Source: Phaeosaccion multiseriatum (Eukaryota; Protista; Ochrophyta, other classes). Taken from it: 64,000 bases of DNA. The translations under genes and the position numbers were made by a program. The notes beneath the pieces were generated by a model. It searched no databases. It was not told where the DNA came from and saw nothing but the letters and a program-made list of their open reading frames with translations. The DNA is taken from NCBI GenBank assembly GCA_965112735.1, contig OZ218957.1:3410001-3474000 (forward strand). Reading direction: 5' to 3'. Shown here one piece after another: positions 1 through 12,323 of this stretch. Numbering within the stretch: the first letter of the stretch is position 1; the number at the start of each line of letters is the position of its first letter.

Positions 1-588
1 ATCCTTACATCCTTTTTGTGTGTGCGTGTGTGCGTGTGTGCGTGTGTGCGTGCGTGTCTCCCCCCTCCCCCCCCTCTACGAAGGTATCATTCATGAAGAG
101 CCCCCGAGGCACTTGTTCAGAGGAGAGGGCGGCGGAGGCCGAGCGATTCTTGGGGCTCCTTGACGAGATGAAGTCCAGACTGCCGCATTGGGATCGAGTG
201 CGTCGTCAGGCAGAGGCATATGGGGGGGAGGGAGGGATCGAGGGAGGGGGGCGCGGAAGGAAGGAAGGAAGGAAGGCAGTTTATCGCCATGTCGGGCGAA
301 CGCCAGGCGTGCTGGTGGTGGCAGGGGATGTATTTGCTGGGCAAGAGGAAAATTGGCTTCGCCTGTCTCTCCCTCTCTCTCTCTCTCTCGATATATGTCT
401 ATCGATCTGTCGGTCTGTCTGTCTCTATCTGTGGGCACCTTTGAACCCGCTTTTACCTCGTTAGCCCTGCGTGGCATCGCGCAGTTGCAGCAAATACTGT
501 TTCCCTCGCCCTCACATCTTTTCTCGTTGTGCTGCTCTTCCCCCCTCTTCTCACCTCCCGAACCCATTGTTACTCACACCCTTTGCAG

Positions 589-1178
589 TCGTGCTTTAAC
601 GCTGCGGTGGCGACGTGTAACCGCCACGGACTGTTTAGCAAAGCGATGGAGCTCCTCGATGGGATGGAGCAACAGGGCCTGCCCCACAACCTCTACCACT
701 ACCAGGGCCTCACGCACTCGCTGGTGGAGCTCTCCTCCACATCCTCGCTGACGGATCCGACAAGCCCGACAAGTGGCGGAAGTAGCAGTGGCGGTAGTAG
801 CAGTGGTGGTGGTGGTGGTGGGCACGGCGAGACTGCCGTGAATCTGCTTCGAACCATGCGTGAGCGAGGGGTGATGCCGGACTCCGCCTGCTTTGTCAAT
901 GTGATGAAGTGTTGCAGCAGAGACGGAGACGACGACACCATTCTCCAGCTGCAGGAGGAGGCAAGGAGAGAGGGGGTAGCGTTGAAGGAGGTCACAGTGG
1001 CGACGACCATATTGACGGCTTGTGGGTACGCCACGGACGGGCGGAAGCTGCTGAGACGGTGGTGCGAGTTGAGGGGGGAGGGGGGGGGGCTCAAGGGGGC
1101 CGTTGCTTCTTTCTGCGTCTACAGCGCGATGTTAGGCGCTCTGGGGAAGTGCCAAGAGAAGGCGAAGGGGGCGGCAGC

Positions 1179-1216
<38 letters not shown>

Positions 1217-1928
1217 CAGCACCAGTTGGTGATTCAGAGGAGCCGCCCCTGTCGCCAAGTGAGCTGCAAGACGCCATGGACAAAATTTACGCGGAGGGCG
1301 TGTCTCAAGGGGTCATTCTGCACTGGCTCGCTAACGAGGACAACGTGTAAGTGTCGGGTAGGAGTGGGCCGCAGAGTGTCTGAGTGGGCATGAGTGGGTG
1401 TGAGTGGGCATGAGTGGATCTGTCTAGCACTCGTGCATTGCTGCTGTTGTCCTACTGTTGTCCTAGTGGTGGGTAAAAGGCGGAGACCTCGTCGAAAACT
1501 GAAACTCTTGCCTCCTCTCTCCCTCCCCCCTCGCGTCCACCAGACTGGACTTCCATGAGTTTAACCTCCCGATGGTGAGGGCGGCACTCCGATACGTACT
1601 GAGCGGAGGGGGAAGAGGAGGAGGACTAGGAGTAGGAAGGGGCGATGGCCCCACCACAGATGACAGCATACAGCAGTTGGTGCTACAGCAACAAGGGGAG
1701 CAGGGGAAGCTGACCATTGTGACAGGCAAGGGGCGACGCAGCGACTCGGGAGAGAGCCTTCTGCAGCCCCAGACCCTTGTCTGTCTGCTCGAGATGGGCC
1801 TCGCTGACGTTCGGACGGTGAAGGACAATGCAGGTCGAGTGGTGGTGCGCGTGCCAAGGAGAGTGCTCCCGTGTGAAGCAGGCCCTCAGCAGCAGGAGCA
1901 GCAGCAGTTGGTAGTACAGAAGCAGTAG
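589..1928 (+). CDS. Pentatricopeptide repeat (PPR) protein with C-terminal Smr domain; 5' partial, spliced (exons ~589-1346, ~1544-1928)
   Basis: PPR-like helical repeats (SCFNAAVATCNRHGLFSKAMELLDGMEQQGLP; AVNLLRTMRERGVMPDSACFVNVMKCC; YSAMLGALGKC). After a GT..AG intron come Smr motifs LDFHEFNLPMVRAAL and LTIVTGKGRRS. Confidence 0.8.
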
Positions 1929-2194
1929 CAGACTAGCTAGGCACAAGGCGGTTTTCTATTGTTGTTTACATGCAAACGCTACTTCTGTGGGGGATGAGGA
2001 GCACATTGAGCATTGCAGGATGCCCGTATGCCTGTCTGCCTGTCTGCCTGTCTGCCTGTCCGCCTGCCTGCCTGCCTGCCTGCCTGCCTGCCCACCCATA
2101 TAGCCGCTGCTGTCCATGGGACTACTGCTGTTGCTGCCAGGGCTGTTTCTGCTGCTGCGATAAAGGCTGCTGCTGCTGCTGCTGCAGTGCCAAT

Positions 2195-4574
2195 TCAATC
2201 GCTCGGTGGCGCGACAGGAGGGCTCATAGCGAACGACACCGGGGAGGGGGGCGACCTTAGCGACGCACATGATGGCGGTGCTAATGACGACAGCGAGGAT
2301 TGCGCAGCGGACGGCGGGGCTGCTGCAAAGGGGGCAGCAGCAGCAGCACCACCACCACCAGCACCACCAGTTGGTGATTCCACCGCAGCGTGGTCGACGA
2401 TGAGCAGGGGAAGGGGCCTGCTGCTACCGTCTCCTCCCTGGCTGCTGCCCTGGCTACCACCACCTGCCGGGGTTCGCTCCCCTCCCCCTCCTCCTCCACC
2501 ATTGGCATCGGACTGTGACGAAGACGAAGACGATGACGAGGAGGATGAGTTCGGCGGCAGGGGTACTTTGAGCACCGAGACTGCCCCAGAGTGCTTCTCC
2601 AGGAACCTCTCGAGCGGCTCCAGCGCCTCCAGCGCCCTCGTCTGGGAGGAAGCACTCTTGTCCAACACGAGCTTGCGGAAACCCTTGGCGGGCATGCCCA
2701 CGATCCGCTCCGCTGCCTCGGGCTGCAGCAGAGTGCTGACTCGAGCAGTGGCGTCTTGAATCGTCACTGTGACCTTGTACTCTCTGCCCTTCCCCTTACC
2801 CTTACCCTTGCCCTTACCCCTGCCCTTGCCGCTGCCGCTGCCCCTGCCGCCTTCGCCGCTGCCGTCGCCCTTTTTCTGCGTGCTCGCTCTGCCCGTCTCC
2901 AATGCGCCCCTCACCAGGATGGTCTGTCCTTGGTACTTTTCAATGTCAGACAGGGGCACTACCTTGGCCTCGAGACCTTCCAGCCTCTGCTGTCGCTGCC
3001 TCAGCCCTCCATCCACTGCCATCCCTTCCTGTCCATCTCCTTTCCCCTGTCCCTGTCCCCGTCCCTGCCTCCGCTTCGGCGTCTCGAAGGCAGCGGTAGC
3101 GGTAGCAGTAGCAGCAGGAGTAACAACAGCAGCAGAGGGAGGAGGAGGGCGAGGAAGAGAAGGAGGAGAAGGAGTAGCCACGTCGATCATCTCTACCTCC
3201 TCCTCCCGCTGCTTCTGTATCACCGACTGTTGCGGGTCCTCCGCCTGCCGGAGGGAGGTGAGCGGCGGAGGCATTGGAAGTACAAGCCCGTCACCCCCCT
3301 CCACCTCCCCCTCGTCTTCGCTCGCCCGCTCGTACTCAGTATCGCCGCCTCCTCCTCCTCCTCTCGCTGCTGCTGCTGCTCCTCCTCCTCCTGGTGCTCC
3401 TCGTCCTCGTCCTCCTCCTCCTCCTCCTCCTCCTCCTCCTCCTCCTCCTCCTCCTCCTCCTCCTCCTCCTCCTCTACCTCCACTTCCTGTCCCCTCCATG
3501 TTGACATCGGCATCCTCCCCCCCATCATGTACACGCACCGTCTCCTCTGCGTCTGGCCCAGCAAAGTCGTCAGGCTCCTCATCGTAGTCAGGCTCTTCAT
3601 CATACTCGGGCGGATCGTACAGAAATCGGCTCGAGATGTCCCGATCAGAGGCATGACTTCCTCTCCCTCCACTGCCAGCACCAGCAGGGGCAGAAGCACC
3701 GGTAGCAGCCGCAGGGTGGTGTGGCGCTCTGGGAGCTGCCCCCCTGGAGGTGTATGTATTGATGGCGGCGGACGACTCCCGTGTGAAGAGCTTGCTGCTG
3801 TTGCTGCTGCTGCTGCTGGTGCCCATATGACTGGTGCTGTTGCTGCCGCGGTTGGTGTAGGGGTTGGCAGGGGGCACTGCTACAGCTCCTCTTCTTTCCC
3901 CCACTTGTGGCTGCTGCTGCGGCCGTGACTGAGAAGACAAACCTACTCCTCCTGCTGCTGCTGCTGTTACTACTCCTGATGATGATGATGATGTTGCCGC
4001 CCCCCCTGCGGGCTGTCGTGGGGAAGGGGTCACCACACCTCTCCGGCCCTTCTTGCGCATTCGGCTGAGCAGGCTGGCCGAGGCAGCCGCTGCAGCACTG
4101 CTGGTGGTGCCGTTGACCCGCGCTCCCCCACCTCCCGCTGCCGCTTGTCCTCCTTCTCCTTCTCCTCCTCCTACTTGTCCCGCCTGCTCTAATATCGCCC
4201 CTATCCCTGTCGCGCCCCCTGCTGTATCACCAGCTGCTGCTGCTGCGGCCTCATCCTCCCCCGCTGCCGCCACCGCCACCGCCGCTCCGCCCAAGAGCTT
4301 TGTGTTTCCGGCGTGTAAGAGTAGGATGCCCCTCCGAATCGGCACCTGCTCCCCTCCTATCAGAAGCTTTGTGCCAATCCGTAAGGGCACATGGAATCCC
4401 TCAATCTTCTTAAACTCCCACGCAGCGACTTGCTGCCTTCCGTCCGTGAGGCAGAGCTTGAGCTGTCGACTGCCCGACAGGCTCTCGCGAGTCTCCTCGG
4501 GCTCTCCGGCGTTGAGTACGCTTTGGACCTTATGGAGAGGGAGAGAGAAGGGGAAGACAGACAGAACAAAGCAA

Positions 4575-4613
<39 letters not shown>

Positions 4614-5383
4614 GCGTGATGGATGAGGAGGGAGGACGTCGCGGTTAAAGGTACACGGCGCTTGAGAGAAGGAGGGGAGAGAGAGAGGGAGAAGCAGCAT
4701 GCAGGCTTTAACAAGCTATTCATCGCTAGAGGGAAGGAAGGGTGGGAGAGATAGGGACAAGCGGCATGTACGCAATCACCCCCGCAGCGAAGCTTGAGAG
4801 AGAGATGCACCGTGACCCCTCCTAGGACATGGGGGGGATTCTGTCTACATAACTCTGTGCAGAGAAGGCCTAGGGTGGATGTTTCCCGATCTGAATATGC
4901 GGCCCTTGCAGCCTTGTCTCCAGCCCAGAGTCACTTGCCCTCACAGCCCCCAGAACGAGCTCGCCCCCTTAGGTCGGATTGAATAGATGTCAAGGAGATG
5001 GCCGGTGGGGCAGACATCCCCTCCATCATCGCTCGCTCCCCACCCCCCCCTCCTTCTGCCCCTCCCTCTCTCCCCTCTCTTCCCCAACTAGGCCCAACAT
5101 CTTGTCCGCTCCGTCCTTCGCTCACCTGCAGCATGTAAAGCGTGCCATCCAGAGATCCCACCCCTGTCGCTCCCGTTCTATTCGGTAGGGAGCCATTGGT
5201 GCTCTCTCTCAAGTTGCTGTGCAGCAAAGCCGAGTAGACTGCTGCCCAGATGTCCTCTCCATCCCGTTTGCCAGCGTCGCGGGCAGCCTGGATAGCAGCG
5301 GCCACCCAATCCTCACGGACAGCAGGGATGCCACACGTGTCAGCTAAGGCGCGCTTTACACTCTGCACAGTCGTAATCGGCAT
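2195..5383 (-). CDS. RMI1: RecQ-mediated genome instability protein 1 (RMI1); exons ~5383-5126 and 4528-2195
   Basis: N-terminal DUF1767-like helix (EDWVAAAI..VYSALLHSNLRES) is spliced in frame to an OB-fold (LQVQSVLNAGEP..RQLKLCLTDGRQQVAAWEFKKI..GTKLLI..IRRGILLL..NTKLLGG). A C-terminal RMI1_C-like segment follows (YKVTVTIQDAT..AERIVGMPA). Confidence 0.85.
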
Positions 5384-5717
5384 CGGCTTTCAACCCCTCC
5401 GCATCCTTGTCCAAGAAATTTGCTCCCGCCCTTTGGGCCACCAAGCGATAAGAGAGTTCAGTTCAGTTCAAGGGAGAGTAAAGAGAGAGAGAGAGAGCAG
5501 AGAGCGAGAGAGAGAGAGAACGTGCGCCAGAGCGCGAGAGCGAGAGCGAGAGTGAGTGAGAGAGAGAGAGAGAGAGAGGAGGGAGAGAGCCGAGATTTGA
5601 AGTGGATTTATTGACTTAGACACATCAGTGTATCACCAACGTGCTTACTCAAAGAGAGGACAATTTCCCCCTTTTTTTTTCCTCTCCTCCTTGTCTCCGC
5701 TGCCGGGGCTTTTGCCG

Positions 5718-5875
5718 TCGACCCTGGACAAGGTTACAGTGTGCGCCGGCCATAAATCAGTAATCAGGCCGGCTGGCGCCAATAATCAGTAATCAGGCCC
5801 GGCTGGCGCCATAATCAGTAATCAGGCGGGCTGCGCCGGCCGAATCAGTAATCAGATAACCTTGTCCAGGGTCGA
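5718..5875. mobile_element. 158-bp MITE with 19-bp TIRs (TCGACCCTGGACAAGGTTA) and 6-bp TSD TTGCCG
   Basis: Perfect inverted repeats at 5718-5736 and 5857-5875. TTGCCG directly flanks both ends (5712-5717, 5876-5881). The interior has 4 x AATCAGTAATCAG alternating with GCCGGCTGGCGCC-like motifs. Confidence 0.9.
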
Positions 5876-6289
5876 TTGCCGGGGCGGCGTGCAGGCTCTT
5901 ACCGTTAAGAGTGTTGAGTGTGGCCTTCTCTCTGTGCATACCCATACACCTCTCCTGCGTGGACTTGAATTGAAGCTCAACAGCAGCTTCTTCCTCTCCC
6001 ATACTTATTCTGCTTCTCAGCACTTGCAGGTACGGCAGGGCTTAGATGGCACTCGACGGTGCCCACCCACGAAGCTTCCTGTAATTCCAAAACACATGGC
6101 TGCCCCCCCTCTCTGCCGAAAGACCCTTCACCATCCATGAAAGAGGCCTCTTTGCCAAGGCTCCTTCCCGACGTAACGCGCTCACAGCGCCCTCCTTCGC
6201 CATCCGCTGCCATGTACAGAGAGTCCAAGGTCCTTCGTCATATACTGCCATCCACCCCGACGATTTGCTCTCCTCCTTCTCCGCCCATG

Positions 6290-9200
6290 GCTGTGGCTGG
6301 GCTGCATGCACATTATTCACAGTTGACATTCGTGCACGTGTTCTGTAGGACCAAGGCCGGCTTGAGGAGCGAGAAGGCCTTGCAGCACACCACCGCTGAC
6401 ACTCCGACAGCCACAGCTGAGGGGGTCAGGGGAGACGAGGAGAGTTGGAGTTTGAGGTTGAGCTTGAGCTTGAGCATCGCTCGAGTCGAACAGGCACTCC
6501 CTCTCATTGAAGGGGAGACTGTGAGACACACTTGCCTCTCTTCACACAGAGAGCAAGCAAGCCATCCCCTGGCAGTCCAACGGCACACACCTTTGAAGAG
6601 TCGAAGGAAGACTCGCTCCTCCTTCTCGGAGGCCGCCAGAATGGAGGAGTACTTAGTGTCAGGATTGGAAATGGATAGCAGGGCCGGCTGCGCACCCCAG
6701 GCAGGCATATGGGCAGGAAGGGAGGGAGGGAGAGGGCAAGGAACGAGAGAGAGAGAGACGAGGGGAGGGAGGGAGGGAGGGAGGGAGTAGAAATGCTTAG
6801 AACGTTCTTCTAGGGAGGGGAAGAACTAAAAAACCAATGAGCATGAACTCGCGCACACACCCATATACACACACATGCACACACACATACACATACACAT
6901 ACACGCACAGACGCAGGCACACACGCGCACGCACACACACAACCATACTCACAAGCACACACACACCATCACACACACATTTGGGCACACACACCTTCGG
7001 GAAGACCCATGGAGCTATCTTGTTGAGCAGCACCATTGAAATGATCCTCGTTAGGAAGGCCCACTTCGCCGACCGATTCCCACTGAGGAGAAGGGAAGAG
7101 GTGCGGTGGTGCGGTGGTGAGGCAGAGCAGAGTATCGGAGGGAGGGCACACAAGCCGCGATGGGGCACACGAGAGCGGGGGTGTTTTGATGTCGATGTGA
7201 TCGATACTGACCATCTCGAGGCCGACAATCTCAGTGGCACCACAACTTGCTTGTGGATTGAACCTATCCATAACCAAAACTGAGACTGACACCTCCCACC
7301 CCTCATCCGCTGACATACCTTCCTCCCATTCCCCTCTCCGACAGCAGAGTGGCGGCTCTTCCGTCGGGTCCCTGCTCGTCGCTGAAGGCCTGAAGCGCGG
7401 CTGGAAGCACATCAATCAGCCCAGAGGGGGCCCTTCCACCGCCGAATCTGTCCAGCGTGTCCACGAGTACTCGACTACCCTCCAATGCACAGTTCACACC
7501 CTGCCATGTTAGTACACGAGTGAGTGGAAACAATGGAGGCGGTGAGAGTGATCGGATTGAGCTTTTCCCCGTCTTCGTCTCTCTCCTTCACCCTCCCTCG
7601 TTCACATCAAGACCTTCCCTCCCCCCCTGGGTGCCCCGCACCCCCTTGGGATTGGTCCACCCCACACACCTGCCCCAAGCTTGCCCACATCGCGGAGGCG
7701 GCATCCCTGTTAGAGAGAACAGCGAGACGGCAGCCACAGCACGGGCCAGTGGCGGCATGGAATGAAAGTCGACTTAGCTCATCAATGAAAGGTGTACGTG
7801 TCGTCGCCAAATGGGGGCCGAATGAACACGACATACGACAGCCTCCTTACCCGACAAGGACAACGTTCCCCGCCGCCCATCGGTCGCAGTAGACACCGGT
7901 GAGCGTCATCGGTCGCTTCGCGTGCAACTCTCTGTGATGAGAGAGACAGACACACAGAGAGACAGACAGAGAGACAGACAGAGAGACAGACAGAGAGAAG
8001 ACATCAGACAACAGCACCAAGAACAAGCACAACCAAGGAAAACAAGAGCTGAAGGCGTTCCTTTGTGAGGCTCGCTGAGGCATTTCTATTCCTTGCTGGG
8101 GAAGTGTACAAAGAGGCAACGGAATATGCAGAGGCCAAAGCTGGTGTGTCCATGTCCATGTTCGCATGCACTCACGCACGCACGCACGCGCTCACGCAAG
8201 CATGCAGGCACGCACTCACGCACTCATGCACTCACGCACTTGATGAATTCCGGGGCAGGTCCGCCCGGGCCAAAGGCGGACGGGTAGTTGGTGTGCAGGA
8301 AGGTACGCAGATCCTCTTCCGTGGGCGTGAGGGTCTCGAAGCTGCTCACCACAGCACATCAAGGCCAACGACCAAGAGGGGTGGGTACTCGTGGAGTGAG
8401 TGAGCGGATGAGTAAGTACATGAGTGGGTGGGTGAGTGAGTAGGTGAGTGGATAAGTGAGTCAGCGAGTGAATAAGTGAGTGAGCGAGTGAGTGAGTGAG
8501 TGAGTGAATGAGTGAGTGAGTGAGTGAGTGAAAGAGTGAGTGAGTGAGTGAGTGAATAAATGGCGGAAGAGTTATTGACACCTGACCACAAACCTTCGAT
8601 CTCCTTCGCCGTTGAGTATGCACGTGGCCGAGAGAGTTCCGTCAGGCCGGGGAGGGCACAGCAAGTCACCATCGGCGCACTGCAGAGAGCGGCGCAGAGG
8701 CGAGAAAGACAACAAGAGAGGGGGAAGCATGGCACTGAGAGCCCGTTGGGACCATACAAACAGGGGTCATGACACCTCAGACTCGCCTGAAAGACGTTGA
8801 ACAATGCCTCGTCTCCTTCCTGCGCGTTGATCATATCCTTAACGGGAATGCTGCGGAATGTCTTGAAGGACTTGAAGTCGCGCACCTGCACACACATCCA
8901 TCAGCTTGACACGTTGCTTGACACGATACTTGATACTTTGCTTGACACGAAGGCAACACGGACTGACCTTTCGTGTCTTCACGAGGCCCTTCTCTTCCAG
9001 GCAGGTTCGAACGGCGCTGTTCACCCCGTCCGCCCCTATCAGCAGGTCATACGCCTCCACTCCCTCCTGCCCCTCTGCTGACTCGAACAGGGCCTTCCTG
9101 CCGCTCAGGTCTACGCCTTTGAGTTTGCGCCCGTAGTGAATTGTCACGGCATCCGAGTAGGCCTTGGCCTTTCGCAGTAGGGCTGCCGCAAGCGCGCCCC

Positions 9201-12200
9201 TGGACATGCTCACGCTGTCAGCGAAGGAGGCGGCCCCCACACGGCGAGTCACCTTACCTTTGCCGCTGATGGGTAGAAGACAAGTGGCGAGGAGGCAATC
9301 ATAGCGTTGTGCAGACGGAGGGAGGGGGAGAGGAGAGCGGAGGGGCAGGGGGAGGTCAGCGAAGGGCGGAGGAGGGAAGGGCCAAGAGAGCGCAACAGAA
9401 GAGAGCATATGGGGAGGAAAGACGACGAGCAGGCAATAAGCGAGGTATACTGGGGTGGACAGCGACCAACTGTACAGGTGAATTCCATGTTCCTTCCCGC
9501 ACGTCTCTTCTCACAGTTACAGACTCACTCACTGTCCTGACACTCCCTCACTCACTCAGTCACCGTCCGGCCACTTACTCTTGACGTCTGATGTTTCCCT
9601 CGATTCTCAACGCCGCGTTGGACTGTACAAATTCGTCAATGTCCACGTCTGCCGACGCCAAGGCCTGCGCAAAGCACGGACACACACACACGCACACACA
9701 CGCATACACACAAATAGGCATATGGGTCAGTCACTGTGCATGCACGGTGCGGTATGTGAGGCGGACTCATATTGAGCTTCATTGTCGGGGAGTGAGTGGG
9801 GTGGGTCCGTGACTGTATGACTGGGTGAGTGAGTGAGCGGTTGTTTTGATCACCCCAGACTTACCTTCGTTGCCCGGGGAAACAGAACGATGTTGTAGCT
9901 CCTCTCGGTCACGAGCCCCACCTCTTCCTCTGTCAACTTCTCGTACACGGAAACCGAGAAGTTGCGCTTCCCAATTGGACGGAGGCAGCAAAGATGATTC
10001 ATTCGAGTAGAGGTTCGAAAGATGCCATTGGGGCGCAGCAGGCATAGCGCAGCCGAGGAAGAATATTGTAGGGGATATTTTTCCGTGAGCGGCGGACGTG
10101 GAGGCGAAAGCATGGAGGCAGGAGAGGAGGAGAGAAAGGTTTGGGAAGAGCACGAATGAGAGCTTCCTCCTCGGTGGTGTCGAAGAGATGCTTTCTCACC
10201 TTGGCGAGGGCCAGAGCGAGGAGTCCACCAGCAGGGCCACCACCGGCGATGACCACCTGTATAGCATAATATGGCAGCTTTAGCTTTCTGAGTGCGAGGA
10301 AGGGATGCTACTGATCACAGATACACACACACACACACACACACAGTGAGAGAGAGACACGGGAGGAGAGACGAGAGAGAGAGAGACCGGGGGCGTCTTG
10401 AAAGAGGAGTCTACTGCAACCTAAACCTCTCCCTCACAGGCCAACACCTAAACTCCGCGGAAGACTCCACGACCACAGTTCACATACGCACCTTAATCCC
10501 TGTACCATCACAGGGCAATGCCCCAACAGGGGACGAAGATCCCTCCATAGTCTCCTCCGCCACCCTTGCCGCCGACCCCGCGCTGACGCCTCCTCTTGTT
10601 CTGCAGTACTTCCTCAACCGCAAATCAAGGCTCGGGGAGAGTCTCCTTTTGCCAATGTCTGGGTGCGTTTGTGACCGTCGGGAGGTCCCTGAGGGCAAGG
10701 CGTTGTTGAAGAAAGAAGAGCTTGTACGCTCAGCGGCGATAGAGCAGTATTGGACGCATTCAAGAGGAGGTTTTCCTCGGCACTTATATCACCACCGCAA
10801 GGCTTGGCCTGCTCTCTGACTGGCTGGTGGTGGTGGTGCGGAAGAGTGAGCAGAGATGCCGCGATTGGGCGTGGACAGTAAAGTACGCTGGGGTCCACGG
10901 AATGGTGACCGCTTTTTGGCTGCTGAGTGCACTTGTTCGCTGCTGGTGCCTGTACCGCCAATCATAAAGCACCTGCTGTTGCTTCTCCACTGCTGCTGCT
11001 GCTGCTGCTTCTCCTGCAACTCCTCCGTCTCGCATTCAATTCAATGGGGAGGCGTGCGTAAGGTTGAAGGAAAAAGAGAAATTTGTTGACTTAGTAGTCG
11101 GGAAGGAAATCACAGTTGTCGTGGTATCACCATACCCAAGGTGATTTCGTATTTCACATCGCTTTTGTGCCCCCTTCGGACACAGTCGTCAGCAGCTCCA
11201 ATCTCCACTCAGGGAGGTGCGAGGGAAGAGACGCCTGAAGAGCCGCCTTCCTTGTGAGTGGGTGAGTGAGTGAGTGAGTGAGTGAAGAGTCGCCTTCCTT
11301 CCCTCGCAAGATCGATGGATAGAGGCACGACTTGGATGCATGCCTCACCTCACAGCACGAGCAGCAGCAGCTGTGGAAGTTGGTTATACGAGACTGATGG
11401 CCCGACCTGCTCCAAGAGAAGGCGAGGCTCTCCTCTCTCTCCCCTCCTACCGCTCGTCCACCTAATGGCGGAAACATCGCACATAAAAAAAATAAAAAAT
11501 AGCAGTAACATTAAAAAAAAAAGGTTGAGGAGTTTGAAGGAAGGGGGGAGGCTGCCCATCAAGTGAGACATCGACACAGGCGGCCTCATTCTTACCCCGA
11601 TTGGCTCGCCTCCTTCTTCTCTACGCCAAGCTCCCGGCAGCGTGGGGGTTGCTTGAGGGGCTGTGTATCCACATTCTTCACAGTTGGCATGCGCGCACAT
11701 GCCCTACAGGGCCAAGGCAGGCCTGACAATCGCGAAGGCTTTCCAGCACAGCAGCGCTGATACTCCGGCGGCAAAGGCTGGTGGGAATGGAATGGGGGAA
11801 GGGAGACGAGGAGAGTTTTTGAGTTTGAGTTTGAGGACGGAGCAAGGGTCCGTGTGGAACGGACATTCCCTCTTTGTGAAAAGATTACTACAATTCCCTC
11901 TCATTGAAGGGGAGACTGTGAGACACACTTGCCTCTCTTCGCACAGAGAGCAAGCAAGCTGACCCCTGGCAGTCCAACGGTACACACCTTTGAAGAGTCG
12001 GAAGAAGACTCGCTCCTCCTTCTCGGAGGCCGCCAGAATGGAGGAGTATTTCATGTCAGCATCGTACAAGGACATCATGGCCGGCTGCGCACCCCAGGCA
12101 GGCATATGGGGAAGGGAGGGAGGGAGAGGGCAAGGAACGAGAGAGAGAGAGACGAAGGGAGGGAGGGAGGGAGGGAGTAGAAATGTTAAGAAGGTTCTTC

Positions 12201-12272
12201 TACGGAGGGGAAGTACTAAAAAGCAATGCCGAGACATGTATAGTCCAATAAGCATGAACACACAGTGTACAT

Positions 12273-12323
<51 letters not shown>

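Noticed and set aside
5750-5856. CRISPR-like array (regularly spaced AATCAGTAATCAG; likewise 45630-45735)
   Set aside because: The 'spacers' are near-identical to each other and short, there are no cas genes, and the context is eukaryotic. Better explained as transposon subterminal repeats.
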